Below are positions 1-23,545 of a stretch of 64,000 nucleotides of DNA, in pieces. The number at the start of each line of letters is the position of its first letter. The first letter of the stretch is position 1. The notes beneath the pieces are model-generated. The model ran no database searches, had not been told where the DNA came from, and saw nothing but the letters and a program-made list of their open reading frames with translations. The stretch is from Macrostomum lignano (taxonomy: Eukaryota), in assembly GCA_002269645.1 (NCBI GenBank), contig NIVC01000027.1:62001-126000 (forward strand), read 5' to 3'. A program made the position numbers and the translations under genes.

Positions 1-3000
1 CCTCTCCAGTCACTGTTTCTTCCCTGTCCAGTCACTGTTTCTTCCTTCTCCAGTCACTGTTTCTTCCCTCTCCAGTCACTGTTTCTTCCTTCTCCAGTCA
101 CTGTTTCTTCCCTCTCCAGTCACTGTTTCTTCCCTCTCCAGTCACTGTTTCTTCCCTCTCCAGTCACTGTTTCTTCCCTGTCCAGTCACTGTTTCTTCCC
201 TCTCCAGTCACTGTTTCTTCCCTCTCCAGTCACTGTTTCTTCCCTGTCCAGTCACTGTTTCTTCCCTCTCCAGTCACTGTTTCTTCCCTCTCCAGTCACT
301 GTTTCTTCCCTCTCCAGTCACTGTTTCTTCCCTGTCCAGTCACTGTTTCTTCCTTCTCCAGTCACTGTTTCTTCCTTCTCCAGTCACTGTTTCTTCCCTG
401 TCCAGTCACTGTTTCTTCCCTGTCCAGTCACTGTTTCTTCCTTCTCCAGTCACTGTTTCTTCCCTGTCCAGTCACTGTTTCTTCCTTCTCCAGTCACTGT
501 TTCTTCCTTCTCCAGTCACTGTTTCTTCCCTGTCCAGTCACTGTTTCTTCCCTGTCCAGTCACTGTTTCTTCCTTCTCCAGTCACTGTTTCTTCCCTGTC
601 CAGTCACTGTTTCTTCCCTGTCCAGTCACTGTTTCTTCCTTCTCCAGTCACTGTTTCTTCCTTCTCCAGTCACTGTTTCTTCCCTGTCCAGTCACTGTTT
701 CTTCCCTCTCCAGTCACTGTTTCTTCCTTCTCCAGTCACTGTTTCTTCCCTGTCCAGTCACTGTTTCTTCCTTCTCCAGTCACTGTTTCTTCCCTCTCCA
801 GTCACTGTTTCTTCCCTCTCCAGTCACTGTTTCTTCCTTCTCCAGTCACTGTTTCTTCCTTCTCCAGTCACTGTTTCTTCCCTCTCCAGTCACTGTTTCT
901 TCCTTCTCCAGTCACTGTTTCTTCCCTCTCCAGTCACTGTTTCTTCCCTCTCCAGTCACTGTTTCTTCCCTGTCCAGTCACTGTTTCTTCCTTCTCCAGT
1001 CACTGTTTCTTCCTTCTCCAGTCACTGTTTCTTCCCTGTCCAGTCACTGTTTCTTCCCTGTCCAGTCACTGTTTCTTCCTTCTCCAGTCACTGTTTCTTC
1101 CCTGTCCAGTCACTGTTTCTTCCTTCTCCAGTCACTGTTTCTTCCCTCTCCAGTCACTGTTTCTTCCCTCTCCAGTCACTGTTTCTTCCTTCTCCAGTCA
1201 CTGTTTCTTCCTTCTCCAGTCACTGTTTCTTCCCTGTCCAGTCACTGTTTCTTCCCTGTCCAGTCACTGTTTCTTCCTTCTCCAGTCACTGTTTCTTCCC
1301 TGTCCAGTCACTGTTTCTTCCTTCTCCAGTCACTGTTTCTTCCCTCTCCAGTCACTGTTTCTTCCCTCTCCAGTCACTGTTTCTTCCTTCTCCAGTCACT
1401 GTTTCTTCCTTCTCCAGTCACTGTTTCTTCCCTGTCCAGTCACTGTTTCTTCCCTGTCCAGTCACTGTTTCTTCCTTCTCCAGTCACTGTTTCTTCCCTG
1501 TCCAGTCACTGTTTCTTCCTTCTCCAGTCACTGTTTCTTCCTTCTCCAGTCACTGTTTCTTCCCTGTCCAGTCACTGTTTCTTCCCTGTCCAGTCACTGT
1601 TTCTTCCTTCTCCAGTCACTGTTTCTTCCCTCTCCAGTCACTGTTTCTTCCTTCTCCAATCACTGTTTCTTCCCTGTCCAGTCACTGTTTCTTCCCTGTC
1701 CAGTCACTGTTTCTTCCCTGTCCAGTCACTGTTTCTTCCCTGTCCAGTCACTGTTTCTTCCTTCTCCAGTCACTGTTTCTTCCCTGTCCAGTCACTGTTT
1801 CTTCCCTGTCCAGTCACTGTTTCTTCCCTGTCCAGTCACTGTTTCTTCCCTGTCCAGTCACTGTTTCTTCCCTGTCCAGACACTGTTTCTTCCTTCTCCA
1901 GTCACTGTTTCTTCCCTCTCCAGTCACTGTTTCTTCCCTGTCCAGTCACTGTTTCTTCCCTGTCCAGTCACTGTTTCTTCCCTGTCCAGTCACTGTTTCA
2001 TCCCTGTCCAGACACTGTTTCTTCCCTCTCCAGTCACTGTTTCTTCCTTCTCCAGTCACTGTTTCTTCCCTGTCCAGTCACTTTTTCTTCCCTGTCCAGT
2101 CACTGTTTCTTCCTTCTCCAGTCACTGTTTCTTCCTTCTCCAGTCACTGTTTCTTCCCTGTCCAGTCACTGTTTCTTCCCTGTCCAGTCACTGTTTCTTC
2201 CTTCTCCAGTCACTGTTTCTCCCCTCTCCAGTCACTGTTTCTCCCCTCTCCAGTCACTGTTTCTTCCTTCTCCAGTCACTGTTTCTTCCTTCTCCAGTCA
2301 CTGTTTCTTCCTTCTCCAGTCACTGTCTCTTCCTTCTCCAGTCACTGTTTCTCCCCTCCCAGTCACTTTTTCTTCCTTCTCCAGTCACTGTTTCTTCCTT
2401 CTCCAGTCACTGTTTCTTCCTTCTCCAGTCACTGTCTCTTCCTTCTCCAGTCACTGTTTCTCCCCTCTCCAGTCACTGTTTCTCCCCTCTCCAGTCACTG
2501 TTTCTTCCCTCCCCAGTCACTGTTTCTTCCTTCTCCAGTCACTGTTTCTCCCCTCCTCAGTCACTGTTTCTCCCCTCCTCAGTCACTGTTTCTTCCTTCT
2601 CCAGTCACTGTTTCTCCCCTACCCAGTCACTGTTTCTCCCCTCCTCAGTCACTGTTTCTCCCCTCCTCAGTCACTGTTTCTCCCTCCCAGTCACTGTTTC
2701 TCCCCTCTCCAGTCACTGTTTCTTCCTTCTCCAGTCACTGTTTCTTCCTTCTCCAGTCACTTTCTCTTCCTTCTCCAGTCACTGTTTCTCCCCTCCCAGT
2801 CACTTTTTATTCCTTCTCCAGTCACTGTTTCTTCCTTCTCCAGTCACTGTTTCTTCCTTCTCCAGTCACTGTCTCTTCCTTCTCCAGTCACTGTTTCTCC
2901 CCTCTCCAGTCACTGTTTCTCCCCTCTCCAGTCACTGTTTCTTCCCTCCCCAGTCACTGTTTCTTCCTTCTCCTGTCACTGTTTCTCCCCTCCTCAGTCA

Positions 3001-3710
3001 CTGTTTCTCCCCTCCTCAGTCACTGTTTCTTCCTTCTCCAGTCACTGTTTCTCCCCTACCCAGTCACTGTTTCTCCCCTCCTCAGTCACTGTTTCTCCCC
3101 TCCTCAGTCACTGTTTCTCCCCTCCCCAGTCACTGTTTCTCCCTTCTCCAGTCACTGTTTCTTCCTTCTCCAGTCACTGTTTCTTCCTTCTCCAGTCACT
3201 GTCTCTTCCTTCTCCAGTCACTGTTTCTCCCCTCTCCAGTCACTGTTTCTCCCCTCTCCAGTCACTGTTTCTTCCCTCCCCAGTCACTGTTTCTTCCTTC
3301 TCCAGTCACTGTTTCTCCCCTCCTCAGTCACTGTTTCTCCCCTCCTCAGTCACTGTTTCTTCCTTCTCCAGTCACTGTTTCTCCCCTACCCAGTCACTGT
3401 TTCTCCCCTCCTCAGTCACTGTTTCTCCCCTCCTCAGTCACTGTTTCTCCCCTCCCCAGTCACTGTTTCTCCCCTCCCCAGTCACTGTTTCTCCCCTCCC
3501 CAGTCACTGTTTCTCCCCTCCCAGTCACTGTTTCTCCCCTCCCCAGTCACTGTTTCTCCCCTCCCCAGTCACTGTTTCTCCCCTCCCCAGTCACTGTTTC
3601 TCCCCTCCCAGTCACTGTTTCTCCCCTCCCCAGTCACTGTTTCTCCCCTCCCAGTCACTGTTTCTCCCCTCCCCAGTCACTGTTTCTCCCCTCCCAGTCA
3701 CTGTCTCTTC
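1..3710. repeat. 22-bp minisatellite array (CAGTCACTGTTTCTTCCCTCTC and variants), runs off the left edge
   Basis: Direct periodicity of 22 nt (CAGT at 7, 29, 51...). Units drift to TCTCCCCTCCC variants toward 3700. Confidence 0.98.
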
Positions 3711-4301
3711 ACTCTTCTACACTTCCTTGGCTACTCACCTTCTCTATCACTAATTTGTTACCTCAGTATACATGTACGTACTATCTTTGCTTTACTCTAC
3801 AAACTCTTCTGTAGGTATCCCCTCTCTATCCCAGACTTCTCGGCTTTTATCCTTAACACACATACATATAGTACAGCAGCTGCCAGTACATTATGCATAC
3901 GCGAGCGCGAAGCTGGGCACGCATAAAAAAGTACATTTGTACGTACGGGTAGACGCGATAGACGTACACATAAATGCTATCTAGACAATTTCCAGGAAAC
4001 TTCTCTGCAGTAAAGAATGTATGATTATAATAGAACTCTGACCATGTAGCTCGTACATCTTGACAATAAAGTACAGTTAATTTACCATCACAGAGCATCT
4101 CCCACAGCATTTGCTGGTTGAATACAATTGGCCCGCTCTGTGGAAGTTTATAGTTTTTTATGAATCGGGCAGAAAGAAGAAAGCACAGACCACACGTATA
4201 TTAATATATACTAATGCAGCGATTGCACATTTACAGTTAGAGTTTTAATTAGAGTCTGAGCTCGATATCTACTGATTACTGATTAACTCATTCATTACCA
4301 C

Positions 4302-7300
4302 ATGCGAAGCTTCTACCTGTGCGGCGCCCAGAGCGTCGGCAAAACGACCCTAATTAGGGAATTGAACAGGCGGCCCGAGCTGGCAAGTCTCCGGATTGAA
4401 GTTATTGACGAGGTGGCTCGCAGTTTGATCAAACAAGACGGCATCGATTTGAATGTGTTCCAAGACTACAGGAATCACCAGGAGCAGTTCTATCAGTTTA
4501 ATGTGAGCTTTCTGTCTTTTACGGCTTCTTATCAACCACGCAGAAATTTTATTTTATTTTATTTAATATTATGATTTAGAAAGAGGCGCCTAAAATTAGA
4601 TAATGAGGCGCCTAAAACTAATAGATAATGAGGCGCTTTAAACTTGATAATGAGTCGCTTAAAACTAGATAATGAGGCACCTAAAACTAATAGATAATGA
4701 GGCACCGAAAACTAATAGATAATGAGGCACCTAAAACTAATAGATAATGAGGCACCTAAAACTAATAGATAATGAGGCACCTAAAACTAATAGATAATGA
4801 GGCACCTAAAACTAATAGATAATGAGGCACCTAAAACTAATAGATAATGAGGCACCTAAAACTAATAGATAATGAGGCACCTAAAACTAATAGATAATGA
4901 GGCACCTAAAACTAATAGATAATGAGGCACCTAAAACTAATAGATAATGAGGCACCTAAAACTAATAGATAATGAGGCACCTAAAACTAATAGATAATGA
5001 GGCACCTAAAACTAATAGATAATGAGGCACCGAAAACTAATAGATAATGAGGCACCTAAAACTAATAAATAATGAGGCACCTAAAACTAATAGATAATGA
5101 GGCACCTAAAACTAATAGATAATGAGGCACCTAAAACTTATAGATAATGAGGCACCTAAAACTAATAGATAATGAGGCACCTAAAACTAATAGATAATGA
5201 GGCACCTAAAACTTATAGATAATGAGGCACCTAAAACTTATAGATAATGAGGCACCTAAAACTAATAGATAATGAGGCACCTAAAACTAATAGATAATGA
5301 GGCGCCTAAAACTAATAAATAATGAGGCACCTAAAACTAATAGATAATGAGGCACCTAAAACTAATAGATAATGAGGCACCTAAAACTAATAGATAATGA
5401 GGCACCTAAAACTAATAGATAATGAGGCACCTAAAACTAATAGATAATGAGGCACCTAAAACTAATAGATAATGAGGCACCTAAAACTTATAGATAATGA
5501 GGCACCTAAAACTAATAAATAATGAGGCACCTAAAACTAATAGATAATGAGGCACCTAAAACTAATAGATAATGAGGCACCTAAAACTAATAGATAATGA
5601 GGCACCTAAAACTAATAGATAATGAGGCACCTAAAACTTATAGATAATGAGGCACCTAAAACTAATAGATAATGAGGCACCTAAAACTTATAGATAATGA
5701 GGCACCTAAAACTAATAGATAATGAGGCACCTAAAACTAATAGATATTGAGGCACCTAAAACTAGATAATGAGGCACCTAAAACTAATAGATAATGAGGC
5801 ACCTAAAACTAGATAATGAGGCACCTAAAACTAATAGATAATGAGGCACCTAAAACTAATAGATAATGAGGCACCTAAAACTAATAGATATTGAGGCACC
5901 TAAAACTAGATAATGAGGCACCTAAAACTAATAGATAATGAGGCACCTAAAACTAATAGATAATGAGGCACCTAAAACTAATAGATAATGAGGCACCTAA
6001 AACTAATAGATATTGAGGCACCTAAAACTAGATAATGAGGCACCTAAAACTAATAGATAATGAGGCACCTAAAACTAATAGATATTGAGGCACCTAAAAC
6101 TAGATAATGAGGCACCTAAAACTAATAGATAATGAGGCACCTAAAACTAATAGATAATGAGGCACCTAAAACTAATAGATAATGAGGCACCTAAAACTAA
6201 TAGATATTGAGGCACCTAAAACTAGATAATGAGGCACCTAAAACTAATAGATAATGAGGCACCTTAAACTAATAGATAATGAGGCACCTAAAACTACGCT
6301 TCTAGATAATGAGGCGTCAAGGTTCCAAATGATGATGCGCCACAAATTAATAATGATTGGCAGCATTAAAAGGCTTTGTTTATTCGTGAGGCTTTAAAAC
6401 AAAGGACTTCAAATTAAATTTACGTCAAGCCAACTGACTAGCAAGCTAAAAAACTTTGCCCATTTGAAATGTCACAGCTGAAGCTGGTCAGCCGCTATCT
6501 GGACATGGCTCGACAAGACCGACTTGATGACGAATCTAGCGACAGACTGAAGCTGTACGACAGATCTGGGCTTGACGCTGTCAACTACATCTGCACTTAT
6601 CTGCCTCATCTGAGCCATCGGATGCTGGGGGAGGCGGCTGTGCAGCATCTGATTGACGAGTGAGCGGTGATTTGGTATTGATCTGTGATGGAGAAAAGTA
6701 CATGTAACACATGCTGTTAGCTCGTTGACTTAAGTCACTGACTTACTCATCGGGCCACTGGTTCACTACTTGTGCATCACTGGTTCACTACTTGTGCATC
6801 ACTGGTTCACTACTTGTGCATCACTCGTTCACTACTTGTGCATCACTGGTTCACTACTTGTGCATCACTGGTTCACTACTTGTGGATCACTGGTTCACTA
6901 CTTGTGGATCACTGGTTCACTACTTGTGCATCACTGGTTCACTACTTGTGGATCACTGGTTCACTACTTGTGGATCACTGGTTCACTACTTGTGCATCAC
7001 TGGTTCACTACTTGTGGATCACTGGTTCACTACTTGTGGATCACTGGTTCACTACTTGTGGATCACTGGTTCACTACTTGTGGGTCACGGGTTCACTACT
7101 TGTGGGTCATAGATTCACGAGGTTACACGGATTCATGTGGCATTCCTAATCTTTTGATTCACAATTGGTATCCCTTGATTCCCAGGATATTACAGATTCA
7201 CAGGGAATCACAAATTCACGGGTATCACAGATTCACGGGTATCACAGATTCACGGGTATCACAGATTCACGGGGGTATCACAGATTCCCAGGGAAGCACA

Positions 7301-7715
7301 GATTCACGGGTATCACAGATTCACGGGGGTATCACAGATTCACGGGGGTATCACAGATTCACGGGGGTATCACAGATTCCCAGGGAAGCACAGATTCACG
7401 TGACATCACAGATTCACAATACGCTGATCAAAAAAAATTTCCCGCCGCTGCCGAATGCACAGATACTCCAGCAGTAGCGCATTCGTATCGTTCATCGTGA
7501 TGGACCCCCAAGCAGAGTTTATCGAGCACGACAACGTGAGACTGCCGCCTCAACTACCAGAGCTGCAAAAGTACACGGAGAACTTGAAGCAGCTACTCGA
7601 ACAGCGGGGCATCCCGAGGGTCGACTTGCCTGAACGCGATTTGGATATTCGAGTGCAACGAGTTTCCGAACTGTTGCTTAACAGGGACGGAAATGGAAAA
7701 GAACTCGACGATTGA
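4302..7715 (+). CDS. Stand-alone P-loop NTPase/kinase of the NadR/Ttd14 AAA_28 type; 3 exons 4302-4502, 6478-6659, 7463-7715; about 211 aa
   Basis: Walker A GAQSVGKTT, then EVARSLI, DRSGLDAVNY and FIVMDPQAEFIEHDNVRL, matching AAA_28-type motifs. Donors AAT|GTGAGC (4503) and GA|GTGAGC (6660) and acceptors CAG at 6475-77 and 7460-62 join in phase (0, then 2). Confidence 0.85.
4580..6320. repeat. 25-bp minisatellite (TAGATAATGAGGCACCTAAAACTAA) filling intron 1 of the AAA_28 gene
   Basis: Direct 25-nt periodicity with occasional 21-nt variants. Confidence 0.97.
6754..7108. repeat. 22-bp minisatellite (TGTGCATCACTGGTTCACTACT) in intron 2 of the AAA_28 gene
   Basis: Direct periodicity; explains the repetitive ORFs at 6770-7149. 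Confidence 0.95.
7190..7417. repeat. 17-19-bp repeat (CACAGATTCACGGGTAT) in intron 2 of the AAA_28 gene
   Basis: Direct periodicity. Confidence 0.9.
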
Positions 7716-8044
7716 CTAACTACTGAAGTTTCAGTAGTACCGTCTGACCACTAATTTCCTTGAGTAGTATTTATTTCAAACGTTTATTAAAATTGTATAC
7801 TTTACACTCCAAATACACGTGTCATACCGCTCTTTTATCAGATAAGTTTACTTAAATATACAACGTAAAGTTTTGCATGTAAGCATGCCAATAAAATTGC
7901 ATTAGATAGACTCCATAAAGTGAAACATAATTGTAACATGTAGATAATGGCTAGTTACTAAATTTACAAAAATCAAGGCTCTAAGCACTGATCAAGGATA
8001 AAGGATATTAGACTGAGATAAAGAGTAAAGCAAAAATCATAGCT

Positions 8045-8582
8045 GAAAGGACGCTGCGATGAAAAGGAGGGACGCTGAGATGAAAGGGAGGAACGCTGAG
8101 TTGAAGGAAAGGACGCTGAGATGAAAGAAGGGACCCTGAGATGAAAGGGAGGGACGCTGAGATGAAGGAAAGGACGCTGAGATGAAGGAAGGGACCCTGA
8201 GATGAAAGGAGGGACGCTGAGATGAAGGGAGGGACGCTGAGATGAAGGAAGGGACCCTGGGATGAAAGGAGGGACGCTGAGATGAAGGGAGGGACGCTAA
8301 GATAAAAGGAGGGACGCTGAGATGAATGGAGGGACTCTGAGATGAAGGGAGGGACCCTGAGATGAAGAGAGGGACCCTGAGATGAAGAGAGGGACGCTGA
8401 GATGAAGGAAGGGACCCTGAGATGAAAGTGAGGGACGCTGAGATGAAGGAAAGGACGCTGAGATGAAGGAAGGGACCCTGAGATGAAAGGAGGGACGCTG
8501 AGATGAAGGGAGGGACGCTGAGATGAAGGAAGGGACCCTGAGATGAAAGGGAGGGACGCTGAGATGAAGGGAGGGACTCTGG
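8045..8582. repeat. 20-21-bp purine-rich minisatellite (AGGGACGCTGAGATGAAGGA) between two convergent genes
   Basis: Direct periodicity. Confidence 0.93.
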
Positions 8583-8668
8583 GATTAAGAGTCACAGCAT
8601 TTCCTCTTCACTGTAACTTCCATTGCCAGATTTGAATCTGCTGCATAGCAACTCGTCAAAGCAGCATT

Positions 8669-18660
<9,992 letters not shown>

Positions 18661-20292
18661 CTAAAAAATAGAACGAATCATTTCAATAAATAAAAAGTAG
18701 CTAAGATTAAGCAGGAATTAAGAAGGGTGTAACCAAGAATTTTGTAGCCAAACCAGACTTAAGCCACATAAATTTGTAGGAGATATGACCCTTAGGTAGG
18801 AGTTAGGAGAGTAAACTGTGCTGGCAGCCCACCATGAAATCGATAAGCTTTACTTCTTTTTACGTTATTTTACTTTACAGGTTTACTTCATAAGGTCGAT
18901 TTTTCACAACGTCGAAAACTTATTATAATTATAACAAGAACCTTGCAGTAGTTTTTGACGTGAAATTTCGACCATGTGAAGCTTTGACAAGTCTTCGACT
19001 TTGTGCTTGCAATGTGAAATTTAGAGTTTTGTGAACTCCTAAAATAGGCGAGCCATGAAATTGATTGGCTTTCTCTCTGCTAAGTACGCAGGCAGAGACA
19101 GCAATTAGCACATTGTACAGCTCTAGGGGTTATGAAAGAATGTGTGGGCCTGATGGGCAAGCCACAAAATCGATAATAGCCTTCACCCAAGAAGGCAGTC
19201 GAGTCAGAAAGACAGCAGCAATAAAATGGTAAGGGGTCATAAAATCGATGCCTGTTTCACCCACCCAACCCCAAACTGGCGGACGGAACGACAAAATAAG
19301 TGTCAGATAAGGGGGTTGAAGAGGGATTGAAGGTTGGACTGACAACATTTTAACACCCGTTAAAAAAAACCGATGGCCTGAACACCCACCCCAAACGGAC
19401 GGATAAAGAGAGCAATTAAATCGAAACATCTGATAAAGATAAAGGATAGAGAATAGTAATAGTGGACCGCGGGCCAATAAAATCGATTACCCTAAATGTA
19501 ATTTACGCTTGGAAGCGGACAAAATGGCAATACTCGTAGGTTTCTTTTATTCAGAGCAGGTTTTAGTGAGGGTATCAACTATCAATCAATCAATGCGTCA
19601 AAATGATACACACAAGTACAATCAGTTTAGATTATTTGACCAAACCGAGTGCTTACCATTGCGACAAATTCGTTTTATTCCGTATCTTGTTGGGCACTAT
19701 ATAAAATATTGTACGACCTGTTTTAAGTAATGTTTTTAACTGAAACCGATGAACTGAATCAAGATTATGCGCTGCATGATAATGCAAATATACGAATAAT
19801 ACGAGCTGACTCAAACGAATTAGGGAAGATCCCCCAATGCAGGGAGTTCTAATTGGTCAATTTCTCCACCCTCTTCTCTCTTGCTCATCATTCGCGGGGG
19901 TCAGTTAGAGGTTAATAACATGCCGGAATTAATTCCAACAGCCTCAAATCATTCGTTTGCCAATTAATGCAGCCATGCAGCCAAGTAAAGAGGGATCGGG
20001 ATTGAATTAATGAGAGAATTATACTACCGATCAGGTCCGCTAATCAGATCAGCTAGCTGCATGTTCGAGTCGAAAAAGAGCGAATACGAAGAGAAATATT
20101 CCTGATCACAGCTCGAAATGCTCAACGCGACCGCCGTCCCGTGAATGCAATTCATGGAATTACTTTTACTAACAAGATCAGTCTGATTCAGTCAGTCTTT
20201 TAGGGTATTTCATCTTGGGCCTCTGGATGCTTTTTTAACTCAAAAATGTATCATTGCAAGAAATAATCGCTTGAAGGTTTTATAGACGGGAG

Positions 20293-20807
20293 TAGGGATT
20301 GTAATCCCGGGATCCCGGGATCCCGAAATCCCGGGATTGGGCCTAAATCCCGGGATTTCCAGACCCAGGATTCGAGACCCCAAATCCCGGGACTAATTTT
20401 TGTTAATATTTTTACAAAAAGTGCTGTAATAGAAACATAATTAGGCCCACAACTAGTTTATTATACTGCGCTAATTTCCGTTAATTGCCTCACCTCGTGT
20501 GGCACCTTTTTAAACCCCGCATTACAGATTTAAATGTGAAATTAAATTTTGATATGATTTGCTTCTTTACTACTAATTAGTACATTTATACTACTTACTT
20601 CAATCGGTCACAAGATAATGCTGTTTTTCATCTTCAAATAGATCATTATCTCTATAACAATAAAAAAAGTAAGCAAAAAAGCGTTTAGCGCTTATTTTGC
20701 CTTAAAATTTCAACCTAGAAGCATAAAAATATGTATTATTCTGATCCCGGGATTGGCCAAATTCCGGGATCCCGGGATCACAAAAATCCGGGATTTTGCA
20801 ATCCCTA
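20293..20807. mobile_element. hAT-type MITE with CCCGGGAT subterminal arrays
   Basis: TIRs TAGGGATTG...CAATCCCTA; exact 8-bp TSD GACGGGAG at 20285-92 and 20808-15. Confidence 0.92.
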
Positions 20808-22271
20808 GACGGGAGACAGGATCGCTTCTATCATGGATGGACACATATAGGACAGATTTCATGAAGCACTGGTAACTTCAAATAACTGCTGCTAGTCGTA
20901 TTTTTGGTTTCATGGCGAACCTTAGCTGCAGCTAACTGCTGTGTCGTGGTTTCACGAGTGCTAGTGTACGCTCTGCGCGGTAATAAAGTACAGCTGGCTT
21001 GGTCGATGAATTCGTATAGCAATCTTATTATTACGCAATACTCTCGTACCTATAAATATATTGAATTGAGCAGTCGGCTCATTTAAGCGCATCGTTTCGC
21101 TCCCCAAAACTAAATAGCTAGTCTGAGTCATTACACATTGTAAACGCAAAGATGCAGCTAACAATGGTAGATTGTATACTATACAAGTGCATTGTATTTA
21201 TACTTTCACTCAGCGCTCAGTCATTATTCCACACTTTTTTCGCCGTCATTATTCCACACTTTTTATCATGCTTCAATTGGCTGTTTTAGGAGTTGTTTTA
21301 CCCATAGACGACTGAGTTGTGTGGCTTAGTTTGACGATGGACAACACTGTGATGAGTGCTGATTTTGCTTGCGTCTTGCAAGAAATCAGGAAAGCGAGTA
21401 GTGGGAGAAAAAGCTATTTGTCTTGTCAAACAACCGTGGCTGGTGCATCTCGTCAAACAGCCGCGCTTATTAATTGGAAAAATCTTCCTGTCGACGACTG
21501 AACGAACCGTGCGGCGCTACCTAGGAAGAAAACGCGACCATGCAGTCTTCAACGCCTCGACGGCTATAAGCGATGCCTCAAAGCGGCTAATAGATTTAGT
21601 CGAGCAGCCGACAGTCCCAAAGAATCCCAGCTTGGATACTGCGGTACCAAAGAAGCCCATCAGACGAAGCTTATCAGTCGCAAGCCAACCAAGACGTGCA
21701 TCTTTCAAATGGTAAGTTAGGCAACTATACTTAAGCACCTGTATTTCTCTTTATAGAAAACATTCAAAATAGACCAACTCCTTTTGCAGTGCCAAATCAT
21801 CAGGCTAAAGTGTCGAGCATCTTTGGGAACTGCGGCTTTGAGAACTGCATGTTTCACTTTGGGTGACAAATTGATTTTCACATTGTCAAATTTCGATTAC
21901 AAACTGATGAACTGCACTAGCTGTGACATTTATTATGAACTCTTTTCGTGTAGCTGGTATACTTTAGTTTTAATGGTTTTTCCTTTTTGTTCATTTACTT
22001 CTAGTTGTTCTGTTTTATTAACAAAAATACTGTGCGATGATTTTTTCAATCCAAATGTCTATGGTACACATCAAAACTGTGGAATAATGGCCAAAATATT
22101 TTGTTATTGCGTCTGGGTAAAAGTATAATTACAATGGGTTTTAAAATGTTTAGTCTATGGCTTAAAGTATAGGGTTGTCCGTAATGCTACCGGTTGGTTT
22201 CACAAGCATGAAAGCTCTGCTAAAATATCCGTTACCTTGATGGTGAAAACTTATATAGCATCCTAAATACA

Positions 22272-22550
22272 CTCAACATTAAAAAGTCGCCACCTTTGAG
22301 AGTGCTCAGTATATTCCAGCTCAGTATTGACTTTTGAGTGACGCAACTTGCGCCACGCGACGCAGAGCTGGGCTGGGTGAGGGATTGGGAAGAGCGGAGG
22401 GCGAAGATTGGATAGATTGAAGCTTCCGCCCGGTTTTCATTGTTTTTTTCAAGCATTTTTCAATATCAAAATGGTTGGCCAGGTGATAGACGCTGGTCGA
22501 AAGACACTGCTCACTGGGGCAAAGGGTGGCGACTTTTCAATGTTGCTGAG
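22272..22550. mobile_element. Second, inverted copy of the 18282-18533 MITE
   Basis: Same TIR core (AAAAGTCGCCACC) and internal sequence in the opposite orientation. Confidence 0.8.
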
Positions 22551-22941
22551 TATAGGTGGATAATAACATGGCACTGTCCATTTTCGATGCGCTGCATTTG
22601 CTCCAGGAGCATCCTCGTCAGAGGGAACTCACGACTACGGCCCTTCTCTTTCCATCCCAAAAGATTTGTCTATGGCACTTCTTGAAATTATACTGCTAAG
22701 CAGATTAGCAGCTGTGGACATTAACAGCGGATTATTCATCAGTTTGTTTATGAAACCTACATGTACGAGCTACTTTTGGCAGACTGTTAACCTCTACGCA
22801 GTTAATATAGCTGCTTGCTGCTAAGTGCAAGCTTACAATTGCTTCATGAAATCGGTCACTATGCATGCTCATTCATTTGGGGCTTGTCGTGCGATTCACA
22901 GCCACGAGGGCCAAGCCCCAAGGCACAGAAACTGTACACGC

Positions 22942-23545
22942 TAGGGTTTGCAATCTGAATTGAATCCCGGGACTAAAATATGTTGGGATTTACCGGGATT
23001 GATAATCCCGGGATTATCCATGGCCGGGATTCGGGATCCCGGGATTAAAATCTGTGAACAGAAGGAACAGACACTTTCAATTTTAAATTTTAATCATGTA
23101 TTTTTCAGATCCACTTCACTTTACAATGCAATTTTTTAGAATATCGTTTAGTCATCCAAATAATGAAATGTGTGAATCGTAAAATTGTTTTCTAGGAATG
23201 AATTCAAAACTGTTTTGTATGAAAATTGAGGTCCCGAATCCCGGGACAAATATTCGTTATTATTTTTACATAAAGTGTTGAAATATGAACATAATTGGGT
23301 CCACAAGTACTGCGCTAATTTCCGTTACTTGCCTCACGTCGCGTGGCACCTTTTTTAAACCCCGCATCAGATTTAAATGTGAAAGTTATTCCAATTTAAA
23401 TTTTGATATTTTATTTGCTTCTTTACTACTAATTAGTACTTTTATACTACTTACTCAAATACGTCACAAGATAATGCTGTTTCAAAAATGGAAGCAAAAA
23501 ATGCTTAGCGCATATTTTGTCATAAAATTTCAACTTAGAAGCTTA
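22942..23545. mobile_element. Truncated relative of the CCCGGGAT hAT MITE
   Basis: TAGGGTTTGCAAT start and CCCGGGAT arrays; internal TACTGCGCTAATTTCCGTTA...TAGAAGC shared with 20466-20720; right end missing. Confidence 0.75.

Noticed and set aside
6770-7500. Long ORFs in three frames (235, 125, 111 aa)
   Set aside because: Translations of intronic minisatellites that lack stop codons
21356-21715. 119-aa ORF with TERTVRRY (HTH-like) ending at an ATG|GTAAGT donor
   Set aside because: May be a transposase relic, but one short motif is not enough and I found no TIR/TSD pair
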